From contig JBHGAY010000006.1 in NCBI GenBank assembly GCA_041946735.1, positions 29,626 through 93,625 on the forward strand: a DNA stretch of 64,000 bases, given 5' to 3'. Below are positions 8,212 through 17,551 of this stretch, in pieces. A model generated the notes under the pieces. The model was not told the DNA's origin and searched no databases. It worked only from the letters and a program-made list of their open reading frames with translations. The number at the start of each line of letters is the position of its first letter. Position 1 is the stretch's first letter. This stretch comes from Candidatus Eiseniibacteriota bacterium (GTDB lineage: Bacteria > Eisenbacteria > RBG-16-71-46 > CAIMUX01 > VGJL01). The position numbers and the translations under genes are program-made.

Positions 8212-9660
8212 ATGACCAAGGGTGAGACGATCGAGATCCGAGAGATACGCGATTGGCTCTTCGAGATCCCGCGCAGCGGCGGGATGCGCGTCCCCGGACG
8301 GATCTACGCGGACCGCGAAATGATGTCCTCGATCCGCGGCGAGGGAGCGGTGGAGCAGGTCCGGAACGTTGCGCACCTGCCCGGAATCGTCGGTTTCTCG
8401 CTCGCCATGCCCGATATCCACTGGGGATACGGCTTCCCGATCGGCGGAGTGGCGGCGACCGACATCTCGCAGGGCGGCGTCATCTCCCCCGGAGGAGTCG
8501 GCTATGACATCAACTGTGGCGTGCGGCTCTGCACCACGCGCTTGCGCGCCTCCGACGTGCGACCCCGGATTCGACGGGTCGTGCAGCGTCTCTTCGCGAA
8601 CATCCCGTGCGGAGTCGGCTCCGAAGGGGCGATCCAGCGCGTCTCGATGCAGGAGCTCGACCGCGTGATGGTCGAGGGGGCGGCGTGGGCGATCGCGCAG
8701 GGATACGGCCAGCCCGGACAGCTCGAGCAGATCGAGGACCGCGGGCGGATGAGGCCAGCCGACCCGTCGAAGGTGAGCGCCCGCGCGCGCGAGCGCGGAG
8801 CCGAGCAGATCGGCACGCTCGGATCCGGGAACCACTTCGCTGAGATCGACGTCGTCGATCGGATCTGCGACCCGGAGGCGGCCCGCGAGTTCGGGATCGA
8901 GGAAGGGACGATTGCCGTCCTGATCCACACCGGATCGCGCGGCTTCGGCTACCAGATCTGCGACGACTACCTGAAGCTCCTCGGCCGCTCGATGTCGAAG
9001 TACGACATCCACGTGCCCGACCGGCAGCTCGCCTGCGCGCCGGTCGATTCCGACGAAGGAAAGGCGTACCTCGCCGCCATGGCGTGCGCGGCGAACTTCG
9101 CGTGGGCGAACCGCCAGACGATCCAGCATCTCGCCGAGCGATCGCTGATCGAGGCGATGGAGACGAGCCCAGCGGAGGTCGGGTTGCGCCTGCTCTACGA
9201 CGTCTGCCACAACATCGCGAAGATCGAGGAGCACGAGGTGGAGGGGAGGCTCCGCACCGTGTGCGTCCACCGCAAGGGAGCGACGCGCGCGCATCCGCCG
9301 CGCGGGCAGCGGCTGCCGTGGAAGGCCGGCCAGCCGGTGATCGTCCCTGGCGACATGGGAACGGAGAGCTGGGTCTGCGCCGGCACGGAGCGCTCGCTCG
9401 AGGAAACGCTGGGGAGTAGCTGTCATGGAGCCGGCAGGATCCTCAGCCGCAGTGCCGCGAAAGCGCGCTTCGGCGGGCGCGATCTGGTCGCCGATCTCGA
9501 GAGGGAAGGAATCACGGTGCAGGCGAAGGCCCGAGGAACCCTCGCCGAGGAGATGCGGGGCGCCTACAAGGACGTCGGCCGCGTGGTCGACGTGATGGAG
9601 CGAGCCGGCGTCAGCAGGAAGGTCGCCCGCTTGCGGCCGATCGGCGTGATCAAGGGATGA
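8212..9660 (+). CDS. rtcB: RNA-splicing ligase RtcB (3'-phosphate/5'-hydroxyl RNA ligase)
   Basis: MPDIHWGYGFPIGG, GGVGYDINCG, GSGNHF, HTGSRGFG, CHNIA...HRKGATRA and PGDMGT...SCHGAGR are RtcB metal/GTP-site motifs. Start at ATG 8212. Confidence 0.95.
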   Translation: MTKGETIEIREIRDWLFEIPRSGGMRVPGRIYADREMMSSIRGEGAVEQVRNVAHLPGIVGFSLAMPDIHWGYGFPIGGVAATDISQGGVISPGGVGYDINCGVRLCTTRLRASDVRPRIRRVVQRLFANIPCGVGSEGAIQRVSMQELDRVMVEGAAWAIAQGYGQPGQLEQIEDRGRMRPADPSKVSARARERGAEQIGTLGSGNHFAEIDVVDRICDPEAAREFGIEEGTIAVLIHTGSRGFGYQICDDYLKLLGRSMSKYDIHVPDRQLACAPVDSDEGKAYLAAMACAANFAWANRQTIQHLAERSLIEAMETSPAEVGLRLLYDVCHNIAKIEEHEVEGRLRTVCVHRKGATRAHPPRGQRLPWKAGQPVIVPGDMGTESWVCAGTERSLEETLGSSCHGAGRILSRSAAKARFGGRDLVADLEREGITVQAKARGTLAEEMRGAYKDVGRVVDVMERAGVSRKVARLRPIGVIKG

Positions 9661-10682
9661 CGTCGAAGCCGTGTCCTGGCGGGGCTCGTTCCGCCGATCC
9701 GATCCTCCTGATCCAACTCAAACGGATCGGCGACGTCCTGCTCTGCACGCCGCTCGCCCGCGCGCTGAAGGTCGACCGTCCGGATCGACGCGTGCTGTTC
9801 CTCACCGAAGAGGCGAATCGCCCGATCCTCGAAGGGAACACGAGGATCGACCGGGTGCTGACCGTTCCCTCTTCGATGGGCCTCTCCGCCTGGCGAACCG
9901 TCGTTTTGGAGCTGCGAAGCGAGAGCGCGGCCACGGTCGTCGACCTCTCCGGAACGCCGCGGAGCTGCCTCCTGGCGCTCGCGTCCCGCGCGCCCTGCAA
10001 GATCGGCTTTCGCGTGCGGCTGCCCCGGCGTCTCGTCTACGACATCGCGGTCGTCCCCGACCGGTCGAAGTACACGGTCGACCGGCGCCTCGATCTCCTC
10101 CGCGCTCTCGGAATCCCGGGAGCCGGACTCGAACCGGAGCTGGCCTTGCGCGAGGCGGAGCGGGCCGAGGCGCGCGAGCTGCTCGACCGCGCCGGCTTCG
10201 ATCGCGCCTCGGCCCTGCTCGCCGTGGCGCCCGCCTCCCGCCGCGCCAAGAAGCGTTGGGACCCGCGCGGGTTCGCGGCGGTGCTGGAGCGCGCGCGTGC
10301 GCAGTGGGGAGCGGTCCCGTTGCTGCTCTGGGGGCCCGGCGAAGAGGGTCAGGTGAACGAAGTCCTCTCGCTCCTCGATCCGCCCCCGCCGCGGCTGCCC
10401 GGCCCGCCAGGACTGCGGATGCTCGCCGCCCTGATCGAGGCTTCTCAACTCCTGCTGACGAACGACGGCGGTGCGAAGCACCTCGCCGTCGCGCTCGGGA
10501 TTCCATCGGTCACCGTCTTCGTCTCGACCGCGACGTTCTCCTGGCATCCGCCCGGGCTTCCCGATCACATCGCCGTCGAAGCGGGAGGCGGGCTGGCGGA
10601 CGAGATCGAACGGACGGCCGCCGCAGTCGCGCAGCTCTGGGATCGCGCGGCGCTCCGGCCCCGTACCGGCCAAACCGCCTGA
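9657..10682 (+). CDS. Glycosyltransferase family 9 (heptosyltransferase-like)
   Basis: ILLIQLKRIGDVLLCTPLARALK and NDGGAKHLAVALGIPSVTVF motifs. Its ATG overlaps the rtcB stop (ATGA). Confidence 0.8.
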   Translation: MTSKPCPGGARSADPILLIQLKRIGDVLLCTPLARALKVDRPDRRVLFLTEEANRPILEGNTRIDRVLTVPSSMGLSAWRTVVLELRSESAATVVDLSGTPRSCLLALASRAPCKIGFRVRLPRRLVYDIAVVPDRSKYTVDRRLDLLRALGIPGAGLEPELALREAERAEARELLDRAGFDRASALLAVAPASRRAKKRWDPRGFAAVLERARAQWGAVPLLLWGPGEEGQVNEVLSLLDPPPPRLPGPPGLRMLAALIEASQLLLTNDGGAKHLAVALGIPSVTVFVSTATFSWHPPGLPDHIAVEAGGGLADEIERTAAAVAQLWDRAALRPRTGQTA

Positions 10683-10760
10683 TCCGCCCTCGGTCCCGCG
10701 CTCCGACCGTCCCCACGGCGCTGGGCGCGCGCCCCGTCCGCTTCCCGCCGCTTCCCAGCC

Positions 10761-10891
10761 CTTTCCACACTCCCTCCGCGTTCTCCTGCCCCCGCTTTGC
10801 ACGCACTTTCCACAACCCGGCCGGACGGCCGATCCCGCGGCACGATCATGAGTTGCGCCGGGGCGCGGGCCCCGCCGTCGCGTTTTCCACA
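10761..10891 (+). promoter_or_regulatory. Three same-strand YTTTCCACA motifs (relaxed DnaA-box-like) in a convergent spacer
   Basis: CTTTCCACA at 10761..10769 and 10806..10814, TTTTCCACA at 10883..10891. The last fits TTWTNCACA exactly. Confidence 0.4.
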
Positions 10892-10903
10892 GCCGAGGGG
10901 GAG

Positions 10904-13900
10904 TCAGGCCTCGAGGCGGCGCGGGCTGGTGAGAACGGCGACCGGGAAGTCGACGAGGGCCGAACCGGCGCCGACCGCCCGCGTCCCATCGGGCAGCGTG
11001 CGGATCTCGACCGCTTCGCCGGTGAAGAGGTTGCGCAGCGGGCCGCCCGGAGCCTCGGGCGGGAGCAGGATCCACGTCTCGCCATAGACGGCGTCGCCGA
11101 GGGGCAGCTTCCTCTGGCCTTCGAGCAGGATCGAGAAGAATCGCGGTGCGATCACGATCGCCCAGTCCTCTCCGTCGTGCCGCGCGAATGCGAAGAGATG
11201 GTTCTCGCGGTCCCCCCGCGGATCGAGCGAGAGGTACGCGCCTGCCTGGAAGAGCGCCGGGCGCTCCTTCCGCAAGCTCAGACAGCGCAGGATGAGATAC
11301 TGCTTCGCGCGTCCGTCCTCGAGCGTATCGAGCAGCGAGCGCGCAAGCGCCGCCGCCCCCTCCGGACGATCCGCCGCGGCCGACACCTCACGCAGCTCGT
11401 CGATCATCCGGCGGCGCTGCTCGTAGTCGACCGGCCGCCGGTTGTCCGGATCGACGAGCGTGAAATCCCAGACCACGCTTCCCTGATAGAAATCCGGAAC
11501 GCCCGGAGAGAGCGCCTTCAGCAGCGTCTGCGAAAGCGCGTTGTACATTCCGAACCAGCTGATCTTGCGGGCGAACGGGACGATCTCCGACAGGAAGCGC
11601 TCTCCCGTTTCCCGGCGGAGCATGGCGGTGACGAACTTCGTCGTCGCCTGCTCGTACTCGGCGTTCGGGTTGATCCAGCTCGTGTGGACCTTCGCCTCCT
11701 TGATCGCCTTCTGCATGTACTGGATGATCCGCTCGCGGAACGCGGCGAGCGCCTGATCGTCCGGCCCTCCCTCCCCCATCGCCTCGAGCGGCCAGGCTCC
11801 GACCAGGGTCTGATAGAGGAGGTACTCGTCGTTGCGATCCGGAGCCGGATCTCCTTCGATCAACATTTTGCGGGAACGGTTGAGGCGTGAGAAGACGGCG
11901 AGGCGCTTGCGCCATTCCTCCGGAAGCTCCGTCAGCACGTTGGTCCTCGCCCGCACGTCCTCGCTCCTCTTGCTGTCGTGCGTCGAGCTGGAGAGCATCG
12001 AGTGGGGCCAGCGCCGCAGCCGCTCGAAGTTCGCGCGATGGAGCACGCCGGGCGACGTCGAGAACCGGCGAGGATCGCCCCCCACCTCGTTCAGCGAGAT
12101 CAGGCGGTGGTAGCGGTAGAAGGAGGTGTCCTCGAGACCCTTCGCCATGACGGGCGCCGTGTACTGCTGGAATTTCATCGCGAAGTCGACCCGGGCCTGG
12201 CGATCGTCCCCATCGCGCCCGGCGCTCGGCTCGAGCAGCAGGACATCGCGCAGGAAGTCGAAGATGGTCAAGTCGGAGGCAGGACTCCGCCGCTTCGCCT
12301 GCGCGATGGCCCAATCGACGTAACGGCGGTCCTCGGGCGTCACGCGCTCGCTCGTCACGTACGTGCGATAGACGGGGAAGCAGGCGACCGTCTCGACGAT
12401 CGCCTCCTGGAGAGTGTTGAGCGTGAAGTCGCGCGTCATGCGATCCGACTCCGAGATCCTGTCGAGGAGGTTCGCCAGGACGACCAGCTCGCTGGCCAGC
12501 GCCGTCCGCATGATCAGCTTCTTCGATTGATAGAGGATCTCGCCGAAGTCCGGCCTCCGACCGAGGAAGCGAGCGTAGATGCGGTCCATCGCCCGCTCCG
12601 CCTCGGGCAGGACGAACAGGCCGTTGACGAGATTCAGGAACTCGTAGCCGGTCGTCCCATGAACCTCCCAGTCCTCGCGCAGCTGCTCGCGCGACCCGAG
12701 GATCTTCTCGATGACCAGGTAGAGGGACGGGGAAGGCCTCCCGCTCGCCGGCGCCATCGCGCCCAACGGCGCCGTCGCGCTCGTCCCGCCCTCCGCCCTC
12801 GTCCCGCGTTCTGCTCTCGCTTCGACCTCCGGCGCCTCGCGCCCCCCCGCGTCCGGATCGCGCCCCGCCGCCCTCGCCTGCAATCGCGCGAAGTAGGCGG
12901 CGGGATCCCTCAAGCCATCGGGATGGTCGATCCGCAGGCCTTGGATCTTCCCCTCCCCGATCCACTGGAGGATCCGGCGATGGGTCAGATCGAACACCTC
13001 CGGAACCTCCATCCGGAGGCCGGCCAGCTCGTTGACGTCGAAGAACCGCCGGTAGTTGATCTCGTCGGTCGCGACTCGCCAGTACGCCAGCCGGTAGGTC
13101 TGCTCCTCCAGCAGGCGGTGGAGCCGCTCGAAGCTTTCCGCTTTGCCCGGCTCGCCGTTCACGCGCGCAACCGCCGCCTCCACGTGCGCGCGGATCTCCG
13201 GCACGCGCCGCGCCAGCTCGGCCAGCTTCCGCTTGTGGATCTCCTTGTCGCGCGTCCGCTCGAGGACCGCCTCCCGATCGCTCCTCCACCGGTCGGGCAG
13301 GTGATGGAACGCGCCGATCAGGCTCTCGAACTCGGGCAACGAGGCGTCCTGCGGCCCGAGCCGATCCCGCAAGGACTCGAGATCGCCGGAGAGGATCTCC
13401 GGATACCTCTTCGGATCGATCGGGAAGCGGTTCTCGTAGTAGCGGACCTCGATCGCTCCCCGCTCCGGATCGAAGGCGAGCTTCAGCTGTCCCCGCTCGA
13501 GGACGGTTCCGTAGCGATCCCCAAGGACCGGAAGCAGCACCTTCCCGCGCAGCTCGTCCTTCATCGGGAGCCAGTCGATGTCGAAGAACCTCGCGAACGG
13601 GCTGCACTGCCCGTTCTCGAGCACCTCCAACCACCAGAGGTTGTCGGGGCCGACGCCCATGTGGTTCGGAACGACGTCCAGGATCTGCCCCATGCCGTTC
13701 GCATGGAGCGCCTCGACGAACCGCTCGTAGTCCTCTTCGCTGCCGATCTCCGGATTGAGCGAGCCGTGGTCGACCACGTCGTAGCCATGCATGCTCCCCG
13801 GCCGCGCCATGAGGTACGGCGAGGCGTAGCAGTGGCTGATCCCGAGATCGCGCAGGTAGGGGATCACCTCGATCGCGGAGCGAAACGTAAAGTCCTTGTG

Positions 13901-16183
13901 GAACTGCAGGCGGTAGGTCGCCCGTGGGATGTCCGGGCCGCTCGGCGATTCCGCGCCGCCTCCGCCCGACCCTCCCGGATCGGGACGCGGCCGCTCCTCG
14001 CGCAACATCCCGGCGAGGCGCTGCGCCAGTTCGCCTCGCCCGACCTCGTCCACGGAGACCGGCAGCTTCCTGCGCCAGTTCGGATACCGGTTCCCCGCCG
14101 CGGGGAAGTTGAACGGCTCCGCCATCCCGACAAGGTCCGAGAGCTGCACGAGCAGGAGCCTCGATCGCGCGCGCGCGAGATAGCGATGCAGCGCGACGGC
14201 GAGATCGACGGAAAGCTCCGCGGCCGATGAGGACTCGACATTGACGCCGGAAGGCAGCAGGCCCTCGCGTTCGAGCGCGAGCAGAAGGCGGGTGCGCTGC
14301 TGGTTGCGCTCCATCACGCGCGCGCCGCGCGCCTGATCATCCGGGAAGAGCCCGGCTTCGCCGAGCCAGAACAGATCGCGCCCCTCCCAGAAACCGGCGA
14401 GCGTGGGAAGGTCGTGCGTGCTTATCGCGACCGCGGCGTTGTGCGGGTACTCCTCGATCCTTCGCGGATTCCCGCCCTCGTCGTTCTCGAAGTAGAGCAG
14501 CCGGTAGGACAGCACCGATCGCTCCATGAGCGCCTCGCGAAGCCCCGGCGGGATCGTTCCCAGATCCTCGCCGATCACCAGGCAGTGGTTGCGCCGGCTC
14601 TCGAGCGCGATCAGCCCTAGGATCTCCTCGAACGGAAAGTCGACGTAGGATCCGTGCGCCGCGCCCAGGCCCTTCGGGACCCAGTACTGCCGCATCATCC
14701 CGAGGATGTGATCGATTCGGAGCGCGCCGGCGTGCTTCATGTTGGCCCGCAGCATCTCGACGAAGAGCCGGTAGCCGGAACGCCGCATCTCGACCGGATG
14801 CAACGGAGGGATTCCCCAGTCCTGTCCGGCGGGATTCACCGGATCCGGAGGCGCGCCGATCGCGACGCCGAGCACGATCTGCTCCTGGTTCGCCCAGGCC
14901 TCCGCCCCCGCCGGGTCCACGCCGACCGCCAGGTCCTCACAGAGGCCGATGCCGAGCCGCCAACGCTCGCAACGCGCTCCCGCCTCGCCCAACTGCTCGT
15001 CGGTGATCCACTGCAGCCAGGCGAAGAACTGCACGCGCTCCTCGTGCTCCTCCGCGAACTGCGCGACCTCCTTCGTCGCCGGATGCCGGTACGCGACCGG
15101 CCAGACCTGCCATCCCCAGATCTCCGGATCGCCCGCGTGGAAGTGCTCCTGCAGCGCCTCGTAGAGGGCGTGGCTGCGCAGCGAGACTCCGCCCCGTTCC
15201 AAAAAGCCGCGGAACGCGCGCCCCCGCGGCGACCCGGCCGCCAGATGCTTTTCGCGGAAGTGGGAGTAGAGCCTCTCCAGGATCCGCCGCTTCGCGTCGA
15301 CGACGCCGCCATAGTCGACCAGCTCCTCGCGCCGCAGCTCTTCGAGCCGCTTCTGGAACTCCGGCGATGCCACCTCCTCCTGCGCCTCCAGGCACTCCTG
15401 AAACTCGGGAACCGCCTCGACGTCGACGTAGATTGCGTTCTTCCAGATCCGGCTCGAGGGGCTGTACGGGGAGATCGCCCACGGATTGTGCGGAAAGAGC
15501 GCATGTAGCGGGTTCAAGCCGATCATCTCCGCCCCGATCTCCGCGCAGCGGTCGATCAGCTGCTTCAGGTCGGTGAAGTCCCCGATCCCCCAGTTGCGAT
15601 CGGAGCGGAGCGAGTAGAGCTGGACGGTGATTCCCCAGGTCCGGTTCTCTCCGGCGATCGCCGCAGGGAGAAAACAGGACAGCGGGGACACCGCGAGCGG
15701 CATCGAATCGAGCGTGCCCTCCCGGCCCGAGATGGAAAGCTCGTGGTAGCCCCAGCGGAGGGGGCCGGCCAGGGAGAGGGAAAGGGACCGCCTCGTGAGC
15801 CTCCGCCCGCCGATCTCCCGGCTCTCCTCGGCCGGCAGGTCGGCCGGCCGGAAGGTTCCGCTTCGCTCCGCGCCCCCCTCCTCGCGCAGCAGCCAGGTCA
15901 GCTCCTCGCCGCTTCTCTCGTCGGGAAGGATGACCGAGACCCGAATCGGCCGGTCCTCGCGCGCCACCACCACAGGCGGCAGGATGCGCGACCATGCCGA
16001 CGCGACCTCCCGGTCGAGGAGCGGACCGGCGTCCTGGCCGCCATCGAGCGGCAGGCCCATCGCCCGAAGCAGCGCCACCTTCGTTTCGGCCGGGATGACG
16101 TAATGCCGGCCGGCGATGTCATAGAAGTCCTCGTGGATGCCCCACATCGAGGCCAGACGGTCGATCGGAGCCGAGTCGCTCAT
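10904..16183 (-). CDS. Fusion protein: 4-alpha-glucanotransferase (GH77, MalQ-like) N-terminal half plus malto-oligosyltrehalose synthase (TreY) C-terminal half
   Basis: The N half carries WGITVQLYSLRSDRNWGIGDFTDL...GLNPLHA and RIDHILG (GH77). A Gly/Ser/Pro linker lies around 13931..14010. The C half starts ATYRLQFHKDFTF...YASPYLMARPGSMHGYDVVDH...GLRIDHPDGL (TreY). It is a single 1759-codon frame. Confidence 0.9.
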   Translation of the reverse strand: MSDSAPIDRLASMWGIHEDFYDIAGRHYVIPAETKVALLRAMGLPLDGGQDAGPLLDREVASAWSRILPPVVVAREDRPIRVSVILPDERSGEELTWLLREEGGAERSGTFRPADLPAEESREIGGRRLTRRSLSLSLAGPLRWGYHELSISGREGTLDSMPLAVSPLSCFLPAAIAGENRTWGITVQLYSLRSDRNWGIGDFTDLKQLIDRCAEIGAEMIGLNPLHALFPHNPWAISPYSPSSRIWKNAIYVDVEAVPEFQECLEAQEEVASPEFQKRLEELRREELVDYGGVVDAKRRILERLYSHFREKHLAAGSPRGRAFRGFLERGGVSLRSHALYEALQEHFHAGDPEIWGWQVWPVAYRHPATKEVAQFAEEHEERVQFFAWLQWITDEQLGEAGARCERWRLGIGLCEDLAVGVDPAGAEAWANQEQIVLGVAIGAPPDPVNPAGQDWGIPPLHPVEMRRSGYRLFVEMLRANMKHAGALRIDHILGMMRQYWVPKGLGAAHGSYVDFPFEEILGLIALESRRNHCLVIGEDLGTIPPGLREALMERSVLSYRLLYFENDEGGNPRRIEEYPHNAAVAISTHDLPTLAGFWEGRDLFWLGEAGLFPDDQARGARVMERNQQRTRLLLALEREGLLPSGVNVESSSAAELSVDLAVALHRYLARARSRLLLVQLSDLVGMAEPFNFPAAGNRYPNWRRKLPVSVDEVGRGELAQRLAGMLREERPRPDPGGSGGGGAESPSGPDIPRATYRLQFHKDFTFRSAIEVIPYLRDLGISHCYASPYLMARPGSMHGYDVVDHGSLNPEIGSEEDYERFVEALHANGMGQILDVVPNHMGVGPDNLWWLEVLENGQCSPFARFFDIDWLPMKDELRGKVLLPVLGDRYGTVLERGQLKLAFDPERGAIEVRYYENRFPIDPKRYPEILSGDLESLRDRLGPQDASLPEFESLIGAFHHLPDRWRSDREAVLERTRDKEIHKRKLAELARRVPEIRAHVEAAVARVNGEPGKAESFERLHRLLEEQTYRLAYWRVATDEINYRRFFDVNELAGLRMEVPEVFDLTHRRILQWIGEGKIQGLRIDHPDGLRDPAAYFARLQARAAGRDPDAGGREAPEVEARAERGTRAEGGTSATAPLGAMAPASGRPSPSLYLVIEKILGSREQLREDWEVHGTTGYEFLNLVNGLFVLPEAERAMDRIYARFLGRRPDFGEILYQSKKLIMRTALASELVVLANLLDRISESDRMTRDFTLNTLQEAIVETVACFPVYRTYVTSERVTPEDRRYVDWAIAQAKRRSPASDLTIFDFLRDVLLLEPSAGRDGDDRQARVDFAMKFQQYTAPVMAKGLEDTSFYRYHRLISLNEVGGDPRRFSTSPGVLHRANFERLRRWPHSMLSSSTHDSKRSEDVRARTNVLTELPEEWRKRLAVFSRLNRSRKMLIEGDPAPDRNDEYLLYQTLVGAWPLEAMGEGGPDDQALAAFRERIIQYMQKAIKEAKVHTSWINPNAEYEQATTKFVTAMLRRETGERFLSEIVPFARKISWFGMYNALSQTLLKALSPGVPDFYQGSVVWDFTLVDPDNRRPVDYEQRRRMIDELREVSAAADRPEGAAALARSLLDTLEDGRAKQYLILRCLSLRKERPALFQAGAYLSLDPRGDRENHLFAFARHDGEDWAIVIAPRFFSILLEGQRKLPLGDAVYGETWILLPPEAPGGPLRNLFTGEAVEIRTLPDGTRAVGAGSALVDFPVAVLTSPRRLEA

Positions 16184-16295
16184 ACATCCCCCTCGTCACG
16201 GTGTCCGTCGCGATCGTAGCCAAGCGAGGCGGTCGCGTGGAAAGAACCGGCGGGATGGATCGAGAATCGAGGCCGGAGACGCGGACCAGCGTTCG

Positions 16296-17423
16296 TCAGC
16301 GGGCGGCGGGCAGGCCCTTCGCCACGCCGTCGACGATCGCATCGAGATCGACGATCGTCCGGCAGATCGGATCGGGGCAGGCGCGGCGCCAGCAGGGGCT
16401 GCAAGCGAGGGGAGTCGTGACCTTGACGCCGCGATCGAACAGGTCGATCTCCTGTGCGCAGGAGACGTTGAACCAGCCGACCGTCCACTTGCCCAGGGCG
16501 ATCGCGATGTGCAGGGCGCCGCTGTCGGGACTGACGACCGCGTCGCACGTATCGACGTAGAGAAGGCCGCGCCGCAGCCCCTCTCCCACCGGCGTCTCGA
16601 TGGCGCGGCCGCCGCACCGCCGCGCGATCGACCGATTGCGCTCCGCCTCTCCCGGCCCACCGAGCAACAGGATCGCCGCTCCGGGGAGCCTCGCGTCGAG
16701 TCGCCCCACCAGCGCGACCACCTGATCCTCCGTGAGGCTCTTCAGCGGATACAAATCGCTCGTGCCGGTCTGGATCCCGATGACCGGACGAGACGCAGAA
16801 GCCCCGATGCTCCTACGGAACTCCTCGACGAACCGCTCCTCTTCGGCGCTCTTTCGCAGGACGTAGGGGTCACGCCGGTAGTCGAGGCCGAACGCCTCCG
16901 CAAGCAGCTCCTGGCCGGTCCTCCCGTTCTTCCGGAACTTCTCGTCGTCGTCGAGCCCGAGGCGGTAGAGCGCGCGCGAATCCTCGTGCAGCGGACGGAT
17001 CATCCCGTTGCGATCGAGGCCGAAGCCGCGCTTCTCGGCAGCCCGCAACCGAGTCGCCAGCGCGCAGGACGGCCGCCCCTTGTCGGCGTTCAAGAGGAGG
17101 TCGAACTCCATCGCCTCGAGCGTGGTCACGGTCGCGAGATCGAAGCCCCACGCTCGGTCGATCAGCGGGTTGCCAGCAAGGAGCGGGAGATGGGCGGGTA
17201 GGGTGAGCCACGTCAGCAGGGCGCGCGGGTGCTTGCGGCGCAAAGCAGGCAACAGGCAGGTGGTCATCAGGACGTCGCCCATCGCGTCGAGATTGATCAG
17301 GAGGATGGTGCGGTCGAACGGATCCGCCTCCCGGCAGCCGTCGCACACGTAGCCGGGGGCGCAAGGCCGGTAGCCGTTGAAATGGCGGCACTCGAGGTTC
17401 GCTTCCCCCCGATGGATCTCCAC
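16296..17423 (-). CDS. Glycosyltransferase family 9 with Cys-rich N- and C-terminal segments
   Basis: ILLINLDAMGDVLMTTCLLPALRRKHP and SPDSGALHIAIALGKWTV are the GT9 core. The N-terminus has C-x8-C-x6-C-x2-C and the C-terminus has CSPCWRRACPDPIC. Confidence 0.8.
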   Translation of the reverse strand: MEIHRGEANLECRHFNGYRPCAPGYVCDGCREADPFDRTILLINLDAMGDVLMTTCLLPALRRKHPRALLTWLTLPAHLPLLAGNPLIDRAWGFDLATVTTLEAMEFDLLLNADKGRPSCALATRLRAAEKRGFGLDRNGMIRPLHEDSRALYRLGLDDDEKFRKNGRTGQELLAEAFGLDYRRDPYVLRKSAEEERFVEEFRRSIGASASRPVIGIQTGTSDLYPLKSLTEDQVVALVGRLDARLPGAAILLLGGPGEAERNRSIARRCGGRAIETPVGEGLRRGLLYVDTCDAVVSPDSGALHIAIALGKWTVGWFNVSCAQEIDLFDRGVKVTTPLACSPCWRRACPDPICRTIVDLDAIVDGVAKGLPAAR

Positions 17424-17551
17424 GCGCGGAGTCTACGGAGTGGCGGCGCCGGCCCGCAAGCGCGCGGCCGGGACGATCGAAGCCGCCGCCCCGGCGACCG
17501 CGAAACGCTCGGGGGCCGGGACGAGCGCACCGAGCCCGTCAGTCCGGCGAA

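Noticed and set aside
8931-8945. Near-consensus DnaA-like 9-mers inside coding regions (TGATCCACA in rtcB, CTTCCACAC in dnaA at about 43474, GTTCCACACG in parA at 38245..38254, ACATCCACA in gyrB)
   Set aside because: These are isolated single hits within conserved codons, for example LIHTG in RtcB and FFHTF in DnaA. They do not cluster, so I treat them as chance or coding-driven.
11388-13634. 748-aa same-strand out-of-frame ORF and the 750-aa antisense ORF (11978..14230) inside the MalQ-TreY gene
   Set aside because: The main frame carries GH77 and TreY catalytic motifs throughout. The alternatives are Arg/Gly/Pro-rich without motifs.
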